From Desulfobacterales bacterium (GTDB taxonomy: Bacteria; Desulfobacterota; Desulfobacteria; Desulfobacterales; UBA2174): a stretch of 64,000 nt of DNA. A model generated the notes under the pieces. The model saw nothing but the letters and a program-made list of their open reading frames with translations, was not told where the DNA came from and did not search any database. The translations under genes and the position numbers were made by a program. The stretch is from contig CAXXWC010000021.1 in NCBI GenBank assembly GCA_963668645.2, positions 1,376,001 through 1,440,000 of the forward strand. Direction: 5' to 3'. Every line of letters starts with the position of its first letter. Positions within the stretch are counted from its first letter, which is position 1. Shown piece after piece: positions 1-7,757 of this stretch.

Positions 1-621
1 CTCGCTTTGAGCCAAAGCGGCACTCAGATCTTCGAGAGTCCATTGGGGCGGGTCGAGGCTATCTCCGAAATAATCATAGACCGAAACCTTGAGGCGGCTG
101 TCCAGGATCTCATACAGACCGGTATCAGCGTCTCCGGTTTCGGACAGAATCCGGTTCAAAAGCGGGAATACCCCCTCCTGAACCAAAGCCTCGGTACTAT
201 CCATCAAAACCTCCACCCCTTCGATCAGGGTGGAGGTTTTCTGGGTACTGATGTCGGTCCCTGTTTCAGACGCCTCATCATTAAAGATGTCGTCGCTCAG
301 ATCGGATGAATCGGCCTCGGTGCCGATGTCCTCCGGCGTTTCGGCGAAAAGATCGAGGTCAGCCAACCCCTCAAGGATATCATCGGATTCCTGGGAGACT
401 TCCTGAATGGGAGAATCGACAATGGATTGGAGAAGCACACTGTCGTCGGAGGAGAGAAAGACTTCCTCGGCAGGTAAAATACCCGCATCCCACTGGGCGA
501 GAGGATCTTCCCGATCGATCTGCCACGCCGCAAGAGCACCGACCAACGGATCGGCGGAAAGCATGATCCGCTGTTCCAAGGTCTCAAGCTCGTAACGTTT
601 CTCGGGATCGGATCGGCCCAT
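1..621 (-). CDS. 5' part of a LEPR-xLL (planctomycete-extracellular-like) motif protein; acidic, probably a large exported protein; runs off the window edge
   Basis: Manual translation from ATG at 621: MGRSDPEKRYELETLEQRIMLSADPLVGAL...; 207 codons with no stop before base 1, so absent from the ORF track; about 50 D/E versus 9 K/R. Confidence 0.85.
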   Translation of the reverse strand, partial: MGRSDPEKRYELETLEQRIMLSADPLVGALAAWQIDREDPLAQWDAGILPAEEVFLSSDDSVLLQSIVDSPIQEVSQESDDILEGLADLDLFAETPEDIGTEADSSDLSDDIFNDEASETGTDISTQKTSTLIEGVEVLMDSTEALVQEGVFPLLNRILSETGDADTGLYEILDSRLKVSVYDYFGDSLDPPQWTLEDLSAALAQSE

Positions 622-751
622 AGCTTCAGGTTGTTGCCATAAGAGAATATAAACAGTGTAAAAATAGGGACTTCTTCCGAGATCTTGCCGCCAGATTTTT
701 CTACGTAGAGATATATGTTACTCTCTACATTAAAAATTGCAAGGGGGAAAA

Positions 752-2743
752 TCAAAACTGGGCCGAACTTCCCGTAAAAGAAAGCGCCTCTTCGAGCCAG
801 GTATCCATCTTGAGCACGTTGCGCCGTTGCCGAAAAGCCAGCCGCTGAGCCGCACGCTGAGCCTGCAAGATTGCCTGATGGGCCAAGAAACCGGCGGCTG
901 GAATCCCGGACCGGACCGCCGCCTCCAGTCGGGCGCGCAGGATTTGCGGCACAAACCGGCGCAACAGTTCATCTTCGGTGCTGATGTAAGCCTGGGCGCT
1001 GCCCCGGTCGCCCTGGCGCGCACAACGCCCGAAGAGCTGGCGATCGATACGCCCGGACTCATGTCTTTCGGTAGCGATGACATGCAACCCTCCAAGCTGA
1101 GCGATCCCCCGGCCGAGTTTGATGTCCGTTCCGCGACCGGCCATGTTGGTGGCAATCGTAATGCGACCGACCTCACCCGCCGCGGCCACGATGCGTGCCT
1201 CCTCTTTGTGCCGAACGGCGTTGAACAGATTGAATTCCAATTGCGCTGAAGCAAGCAACGCGGCCAGTTTTTCACTGGCCTGGACACTGCGGGTACCCAC
1301 CAGGACCGGACGGCCTGAAACGTGTAGGGCGCGGATGTCTTCGACCACGGCCCGCCATTTTTGGTCCTCAGCGGCAAACACCCGATCCGTAAACACCTTG
1401 CGAGCGCAGGGACGGTTGGTGGGAATAGCCATCACCGGCAATCCGTAGATGTGCCAGAACTCACCAGCTGCCTCTTCGGCGGTCCCGGTCATACCGGCAA
1501 GCTTCCGGAAAAACCGAAAAAAACGCTGAAAGCTGAGTCTGGCGAGGGTTTCGCTCGGATTGCTGACCTCCACCCCCTCCTTGGCCTCTACCGACTGGTG
1601 CAATCCGTGCCGCCAGGTCCGGTTGGCCATCAGCCGGCCGGTAAACTCATCAACGATGGCCACTTTTCCGTCCTGCACGACATACTGCTTGTCCCGTTCG
1701 TAAAATTCCCGGGCGTTCAGGGCCTGGACCACCAGCTCTTCACGGCGCGACACCCCCTGCCACATGGCGGGCATCCCGGCTGCCAAATCGGCGATCTTGG
1801 CCTCTCCCTCGGCGGTAAGCCGGATTTCCCGATACTTCAAATCGACCTTGTAGTGCAGCCCGCGCGCCAGGTGACGGCAAACTCCATAGGCGGCGCTGCA
1901 CGCATCGACCAGGGGTCGGTTTTCTTGGGCCCTGGAGATGATCAGGGGGGTAACAGCCTCGTCGATCAACAGGCTGTCGGCCTCGTCCACGATGGCCGTA
2001 TCGATGCCCCGCTGGACCAATCCTTGAGACGCCCGCAAACCGGGCTGCAGCAAGGTGCGCAAGAGACGGCGCCCGGCGTTTTGGTAAGGTCCAAGGAGTA
2101 TACGGTCCCGCAAAAAATCGGCCACCAACTCTTTGCTCGTTGTATAGACTATTCCCCGGGCATACTGCTCCTGACGCTGGCGCGGATCCATCGGTCCGGT
2201 GACGCTGCCCACCGTCAGACCACAATAGGTATAGAAAGGGCGCATCTCTTCTTCGTCACGGCCCGCCAGATAATCGTTGACCGTGACGATGTGGCAGGGG
2301 CGCCCGCTCCATCCGGCCAGCGCTGCGGCCAAACAGGCGGTCAGGCTTTTACCCTCGCCGGTGGCCATTTCAATCAGGTACCCGCCGTTGAGGGCCATCG
2401 CCCCCCAGATCTGCACCATGAAAGGCCGCAGCCCCAGGGTCCTATGGGCGGCCTCGGCTAAAAGCGCCAGGGCTTCATCCACTTCGGCATCGAGGTTCTT
2501 ATCCACCCGTCGGAAACGCCCTGCCAATTCCTGCAACCGGTCCCGGACACGCCGATCCGACACGTTGCGCAGCTCCATGGCTTTGCTGCAAATCGCTTCG
2601 GCCCTCGCCCGATAACATCGAGAGCGTGTCGGCATCCGCTTGTACTGGCCGACCAATCCGTATACGAAGCCGTCCAGTCCCTGGTGAAGCGCGACAGGCG
2701 TCTGAATCCGGGTGCGCCTGTAATCGTGGGCCGGCAAAATCAT
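752..2743 (-). CDS. Secondary SecA-like ATPase (DEAD motor plus preprotein-crosslinking domain, C-terminally truncated), about 663 aa
   Basis: EMATGEGKS Walker A, DEADSLLIDEA, IVDEFTGR, GLHQSVEAKE, GMTGTA, IPTNRP, TNMAGRGTDI, ERHESGRIDRQLFGRCARQGD; ATG at 2743 overlaps the upstream stop (ATGA). Confidence 0.92.
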   Translation of the reverse strand: MILPAHDYRRTRIQTPVALHQGLDGFVYGLVGQYKRMPTRSRCYRARAEAICSKAMELRNVSDRRVRDRLQELAGRFRRVDKNLDAEVDEALALLAEAAHRTLGLRPFMVQIWGAMALNGGYLIEMATGEGKSLTACLAAALAGWSGRPCHIVTVNDYLAGRDEEEMRPFYTYCGLTVGSVTGPMDPRQRQEQYARGIVYTTSKELVADFLRDRILLGPYQNAGRRLLRTLLQPGLRASQGLVQRGIDTAIVDEADSLLIDEAVTPLIISRAQENRPLVDACSAAYGVCRHLARGLHYKVDLKYREIRLTAEGEAKIADLAAGMPAMWQGVSRREELVVQALNAREFYERDKQYVVQDGKVAIVDEFTGRLMANRTWRHGLHQSVEAKEGVEVSNPSETLARLSFQRFFRFFRKLAGMTGTAEEAAGEFWHIYGLPVMAIPTNRPCARKVFTDRVFAAEDQKWRAVVEDIRALHVSGRPVLVGTRSVQASEKLAALLASAQLEFNLFNAVRHKEEARIVAAAGEVGRITIATNMAGRGTDIKLGRGIAQLGGLHVIATERHESGRIDRQLFGRCARQGDRGSAQAYISTEDELLRRFVPQILRARLEAAVRSGIPAAGFLAHQAILQAQRAAQRLAFRQRRNVLKMDTWLEEALSFTGSSAQF

Positions 2744-4896
2744 ATACGGTATCTCTTCTGGAGTAACTGGCGCAGCCACCGGCCCCATTGCACAAGGAGT
2801 GCTTCGGGTTGGAGCGTGAACCTCAGCTTGCCGGATTTTCCATGAAAAAATGCTGCCTTATCGGAAGGCAGGACGTGGGCGTAGATCTGAAAGAAAGGCT
2901 CGGCCGCCTTGATGCCCTTCTGGTCGGTGGGCGATACGGCCACTTGACCGCCGGCGCGCCACCCCAAGGCCGCCGACGGAAGCTGATCCTGTTGGAAGGG
3001 GATAATCCAGACCTCCCCGACTGCCACGTTTTCTCCGGCCTGCCCGTAAAGACGGACCTCCGCTTTGCGGATGCGGTCTTCAAACAGATTGGAGGCTTCC
3101 TCCTGAGATACGACGGCGGAAAAACGGAAATCGCCCGGGTCGACGATCTGACCCAGCACCGTTCCCCGCGCCACCCAGGTGCCCACCATCTCCTTGCTGC
3201 GTGGCGCCACCCATATTCCGTGCTGGCGGGCACGAACGGTAAGATCCTGCACCTGCCGTTCGAGGTCGGCCAGATTGGCTTCAATGGTGTTCAAACGTTT
3301 GCGAATCGGCGCCAGGTCGGCCACTCCCTCGCTATGGGCCTTTAGCTCCATGGCAAGTGTTTCTTCCCTTTGGGCCTTCACCCGCTGGATATCGAGTTCC
3401 AACTCCCGATCGCCGAGAATCATCAACGCCGTACCCGGAATGACCTCCGCCCCCGAAGCGGCGGCCACTTCCAGCACATAGCCCGGTGCCTCGTTGACCA
3501 CCCGCAACGAATCGACCGATTCCAGAATGCCGGGTGCCCGGAAGCGATTCGGCATCGGCACAAAGCCCAGGGTGCCGAAGATCGTGCAAAACAGCAGAAA
3601 GCTGACCCCCACGGCGCGCACACGGTGCCTTGCCAGCCTGGGGCTTGATGCCAGATAGACAATGAACCTGTATACGGGCACCACGGCCCAGGAAAAAACG
3701 CAGAAAACGGCCATCAACAATCCGAGGAGTAAAAACTTATCCGCGATAAACAAAATGATGCCGGTGAAAACCACAACCCGGTATATCCCGCTGAGTATCC
3801 CGAAGACCGTCAGCCAGAAGGCCTCTTTGGCAGACTCGGCAGGGCTGTTCGAGTCAGGATAGCCGAAGAGGTAATGCTCGCATAGGTGGCGCAGGTGGCG
3901 CATCGACTGGGTATGCAGATTGGGAATATCCAGAATGTCCGAAAGGATGTAATAGCCGTCGAAACGTAACAGCGGGTTGGCGTTGAACAGCACGGTGGAC
4001 ACCGAAGCGACCACCATCATGTTGTATGCGATGCTGTTCAATGTCCCGGGAGCCGAATAGGCCCAATAGAGGGCAGCCAGTGCGGCGACGAAAATTTCGG
4101 CGATCATGCCGGCAGCCCCCACCAAGGCCCGGTGCCACCGGTTGCGAAATGCCCAGCTAGCGGTGGCATCGATGTAGGGCAGCGGGGTGAATACCAGCAG
4201 CATAACCCCCATGACGTGCACTTCGCCGCCGAATCGCTTGCAGACGAAGGCATGGCCGAATTCGTGGATCGTCTTGACGATCACCAGTCCGAGGTAAAGC
4301 AGCGGTAGATTGGCCGGGGCGAGAATCCCCTGAATCTGGGAGGTGGCCGCATCGAAATGTTCCACCACCGCTTTGCCGGCGACGCCCACCACCAGCAGCC
4401 AGATCAGTGCCCCCACCGGCCCCACCAGGATTTTCAGAAGCGGCCCGATCTTACGCAGCATGAATTCGGGATCAAGCAGGGGCAGGCGGAAAAACATGAT
4501 ACCGAGCAGCTTGGAGCGCACCTCGCGCTCCTTGCGTTTCTTGTATCGCTCGAAGAGTTTGGCACTGTCGGCCGGCACATCGAAGTAGAGCAGGTTGGCG
4601 AAGTAAAGCTGGGTGAGCAGCTGGAGCACGTCTTCCTGGCCAGGAGCCTTGTCCGGACTGCGCTGCAGGCATTCCTCCCAGGTCTGCTCAACGGTGCGGT
4701 CGCGCCGCAGCCGGGCGACAAAATCATAGGCCTCGGGGCGCAGTCGGAAGTACTGGTTGTTGAACCGATCGTAAAGGACGTACCAGGTTTCACCCCTGAA
4801 AAGTTGCTTGCGTGCCCGGACGGTGGGGCCCAGGCAGACCCTGAGCTTGGCGATACGATGCCACGATTCGCTGAATGTTTTGCCGATGGACGCCAT
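2740..4896 (-). CDS. Fusion of PqqD/RRE-like N-terminus, M50 site-2 intramembrane metalloprotease and HlyD-type adaptor domain
   Basis: HEFGH (HExxH) and NANPLLRFDGY (NxxPxxxxDG) motifs, several TM segments, C-terminal lipoyl-hybrid/coiled-coil region (APGYV...GAEVIPG...VRARQHGIWV). Confidence 0.85.
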   Translation of the reverse strand: MASIGKTFSESWHRIAKLRVCLGPTVRARKQLFRGETWYVLYDRFNNQYFRLRPEAYDFVARLRRDRTVEQTWEECLQRSPDKAPGQEDVLQLLTQLYFANLLYFDVPADSAKLFERYKKRKEREVRSKLLGIMFFRLPLLDPEFMLRKIGPLLKILVGPVGALIWLLVVGVAGKAVVEHFDAATSQIQGILAPANLPLLYLGLVIVKTIHEFGHAFVCKRFGGEVHVMGVMLLVFTPLPYIDATASWAFRNRWHRALVGAAGMIAEIFVAALAALYWAYSAPGTLNSIAYNMMVVASVSTVLFNANPLLRFDGYYILSDILDIPNLHTQSMRHLRHLCEHYLFGYPDSNSPAESAKEAFWLTVFGILSGIYRVVVFTGIILFIADKFLLLGLLMAVFCVFSWAVVPVYRFIVYLASSPRLARHRVRAVGVSFLLFCTIFGTLGFVPMPNRFRAPGILESVDSLRVVNEAPGYVLEVAAASGAEVIPGTALMILGDRELELDIQRVKAQREETLAMELKAHSEGVADLAPIRKRLNTIEANLADLERQVQDLTVRARQHGIWVAPRSKEMVGTWVARGTVLGQIVDPGDFRFSAVVSQEEASNLFEDRIRKAEVRLYGQAGENVAVGEVWIIPFQQDQLPSAALGWRAGGQVAVSPTDQKGIKAAEPFFQIYAHVLPSDKAAFFHGKSGKLRFTLQPEALLVQWGRWLRQLLQKRYRI

Positions 4897-4897
4897 T

Positions 4898-6775
4898 TTA
4901 CCACCACAGCAGCATGCGGAAAAAATCCACCGTACGGTGCGTCACGATCCAAAGCACGTTGCGCTTGCCCACGTTGACCTTGGTAATGCCGCTCATCCCC
5001 GGGCGCCACCAGTCGGGAGGCGCCTCGACGAGTTTGCCGCGGACCAGGAAGATATTGCCTTCCTCCTTGGGCAGGGCCACCGGATCGATCCTTTCCACAA
5101 CAAAGGGAAACTTTAGATCTGGGCGGCTGACAAAGGCGATCTCGCCATCGTCGTTGACGGTGATTTCATGGATGTCGCGCTCTTCGATTTCGATTTCGGC
5201 GTACAACTTATCCAGCCGGGCCACCTTGAAGAGCACATCTCCCTTGCGCACCGGAGCGCCGAGCAGCTCCTTGAGATCTCCTTCAACCAGGATGCCATCG
5301 AAGGGGGCTTTGATCTCGGCATTTTCCAGATGATAGCGCACCAGCGCCAGCTGGGCCTCGGCCTGGGCCACGAGCGACAGGGCGATACGCATATCGGCCA
5401 GGGCGTTCTGGGCCCGCGCCTTTTCCGCTTCGCGGATGTACCGGTTCTGATTGGCCAGAGCGTTGGATTCTTCCAGCAGCAGCTCACGGGTATCCAGGGT
5501 CAGCAGCAGGTCGCCCCGGGAAACCCGGTCACCGACCTTGATATGGACATCGCGGATATACCCGTCAAATGGGGCCGGCAGGTAAGCCAGATCGTCGGTA
5601 CGCAGAATGAATTTGCCTTCGACCCGATAGTTCAGACTGCCGAAAAGGACGAACGCCAGGGCAAGGGCCAGGATAACGCCGAGCGCTTTGGTGAAGGTAT
5701 GTTCCACGCCGAAAAAACGGCTCAATCCGTCACGGACTGCACCGGCGGCCCTGGCCCCGAACCACCGGTCGTGCCGTTTGAGTTCGGAAAGGCGCTGCGC
5801 CGCTTGGTCGCAAACCACCCGCAACCCCCTGGCATCTACCTCGGAAAAAGGTTCGCTCCGTTCGCAGCTCAGCACCGCCACAGGAGATTCATCCACCCTA
5901 AGGGGCACCGAGACCATGTTCTCCGTACTCTGGGAACGGCAGTAGGCCTCGTGGTCCCGCACCACACTGCCGGCGTCCATCGGCCGTGGAAAAATGATTT
6001 CCTCGTCCTGGTCGAAGGCCTCCTCCATGGCCGCTTCCAGGGCCTGAACCGAGTCCATTTTCTTTTCGAACTGTTCGAGGTGGCTGATGGCCGCAACTCG
6101 CACATAGGCCCCGTCCAGCCACCCGAGGGCCACCCGCTGGCACCGGTAGCGTGCCGCCACTTCGTTGCACAGGGCCATGGCAGCGCCCATGAATTTCTGT
6201 TCGGCGTTGAGCACCACCATCAAATCGAGTGCTTCAGCGAACTGGACCACGTCGTGGCGCGCCTGCAAAGCCATGCGGCTCGACTGGTACGACCGCGGAA
6301 CATCGGCTACCAGCCGCAGTCGCAAGAGCAGATCAGCCACCGCCTCTTCACCGATCCCCTCGGCAAAAAAAACCGCTACGCTGCGCCGCTCCGCATCGTC
6401 AAGGGCCAGCATCACACCCGCCGCGATCCCTGCCGGCACCTTGCTGCCGGGGGCATCCGAGGCGGCCCAGGCCTGGCCCGAGGCTTCGGACTGCCCGGCG
6501 ACTTGTTCGACCAGAGGAGCCAGTCCAAGCCGGCGCACCTCAGCAGCGCCGCCGGTCGGCCAAAGGGAAACGGTGCGCCAGGTCTCTTCATCGCGGGCCC
6601 GGATCAACAAAAAACCGAAGCGTGCCTCGGCGAGCATGGCGGCCGCCTCAAGAAAGGCCGGCCAGAATTCCTGCGGCTGCCCCTCGAAATGGCGTACCCG
6701 TTCCAGGGCCTCCAGAACCCGGGCCAACCGATCTTCCTGCTTTTCATATTCGCTTTGGATGTAGGGCATAACCAT
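4898..6775 (-). CDS. GAF-domain-containing HlyD-family periplasmic adaptor
   Basis: N-terminal GAF-like region (MVSVPLRVDESPVAVLSCER), one TM (ALGVILALALAFVLFG), then APFDGYIRDVHIKVGDRVSRGDLL, coiled coil, IKAPFDG and WRPGMSG. Confidence 0.82.
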   Translation of the reverse strand: MVMPYIQSEYEKQEDRLARVLEALERVRHFEGQPQEFWPAFLEAAAMLAEARFGFLLIRARDEETWRTVSLWPTGGAAEVRRLGLAPLVEQVAGQSEASGQAWAASDAPGSKVPAGIAAGVMLALDDAERRSVAVFFAEGIGEEAVADLLLRLRLVADVPRSYQSSRMALQARHDVVQFAEALDLMVVLNAEQKFMGAAMALCNEVAARYRCQRVALGWLDGAYVRVAAISHLEQFEKKMDSVQALEAAMEEAFDQDEEIIFPRPMDAGSVVRDHEAYCRSQSTENMVSVPLRVDESPVAVLSCERSEPFSEVDARGLRVVCDQAAQRLSELKRHDRWFGARAAGAVRDGLSRFFGVEHTFTKALGVILALALAFVLFGSLNYRVEGKFILRTDDLAYLPAPFDGYIRDVHIKVGDRVSRGDLLLTLDTRELLLEESNALANQNRYIREAEKARAQNALADMRIALSLVAQAEAQLALVRYHLENAEIKAPFDGILVEGDLKELLGAPVRKGDVLFKVARLDKLYAEIEIEERDIHEITVNDDGEIAFVSRPDLKFPFVVERIDPVALPKEEGNIFLVRGKLVEAPPDWWRPGMSGITKVNVGKRNVLWIVTHRTVDFFRMLLWW

Positions 6776-6884
6776 TCACAAGCACGAGGTATAACGCCTC
6801 GCAAGTCACATCGGTTATTGCAGATCCTGAATCGGCAAAACCTTTCAGGGGGCGCGTCACAACCAGCTGATCAGATCCCGGGTT

Positions 6885-7757
6885 TTACGGTATATCGAAG
6901 GTCATGGTTGCCGACATCCCGGGCCGGACCTGCCCATCCTGGTTGTCGAACTCGATCTTCACTTCCATCAGACCGCTGGCCGAATCGACCACCGGCGATA
7001 CGAAAGATATTTTGCCCTTCTTTTCGATCGGAAGCTGGCCTGATAGTATGGAGAGGTTGACCTCGCGCCCTTTTTCCAGCAAACGCCCCAGGTTTTCCTC
7101 CATGTTGCACACGAACCGGGCCCGGCTGGTATCTACCACCCGAACCAGCGGCTGATGTTCCTCACAGCTTTCGCCCACCTCGTGGAAGAGCTTGGTTACC
7201 ACGCCATTGACCGGCGAGCGCAGAATCCGCTTTTCCAGTGCGTCCATCGCCAACTTATATTCCAGTCGTTCGCGCTGTTCCACCATGGCCAAGCGCGCTC
7301 TCTCGGAATCTGCAAGCTTGTATTCCAGCTCGCTTTTTTTCAAATCGTCCTCGCTGACGGACTTCGTACGCCGGTACAAATCCAGGGTGGATTGATAGAT
7401 CTCCTTCAGGATTTGCGCCCTTGCCACTGCGCCCTGCTCCTCGGCTTTACTCTCCCAGACCAGCTTTCGGCGCGCCACCTCCAACTCCTCAGCCTCCTTG
7501 TCCAAGTAGAGGATTTGCTGTCCCTGGCGCACCCGGTCGCCTTCTTTGACGGAAATCACGGAAACGATGCCCGGCACCGCAAGGCTCATGGTCACATCGT
7601 TGATCGGCTCTGTAATTCCGGAAACCGGCGGTGACATCTCGGCAAAGGCCGCAGCGCCGACAAACGCGTTCGATCCGGCGACTGTCGCCAATAAAATAAG
7701 GAAAAAAAGAAGGCCGTACCGCCTCCCGTCACTGCCTAATCTGTCGATTCTCCTCAT
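6885..7757 (-). CDS. HlyD/RND-type periplasmic adaptor (membrane fusion protein)
   Basis: N-terminal hydrophobic segment, VKEGDRVRQGQ, coiled coil, LRSPVNGVV, ISFVSPVVDSASG, RPGMSA. Confidence 0.88.
   Translation of the reverse strand: MRRIDRLGSDGRRYGLLFFLILLATVAGSNAFVGAAAFAEMSPPVSGITEPINDVTMSLAVPGIVSVISVKEGDRVRQGQQILYLDKEAEELEVARRKLVWESKAEEQGAVARAQILKEIYQSTLDLYRRTKSVSEDDLKKSELEYKLADSERARLAMVEQRERLEYKLAMDALEKRILRSPVNGVVTKLFHEVGESCEEHQPLVRVVDTSRARFVCNMEENLGRLLEKGREVNLSILSGQLPIEKKGKISFVSPVVDSASGLMEVKIEFDNQDGQVRPGMSATMTFDIP

Noticed and set aside
297..755. 152-aa minus-strand ORF and short plus-strand ORFs in 7-595 from the track
   Set aside because: They overlap the more convincing LEPR-xLL frame (621 to the edge) and have no recognisable motifs
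752..2788. Calling the SecA paralog the housekeeping secA or a pseudogene; track start at 2788
   Set aside because: It is too short for housekeeping SecA, has intact motifs and no out-of-frame continuation; the ATGA overlap favours a start at 2743
5168..7060. 630-aa plus-strand ORF
   Set aside because: Antisense shadow of the GAF-HlyD gene, common in high-GC DNA
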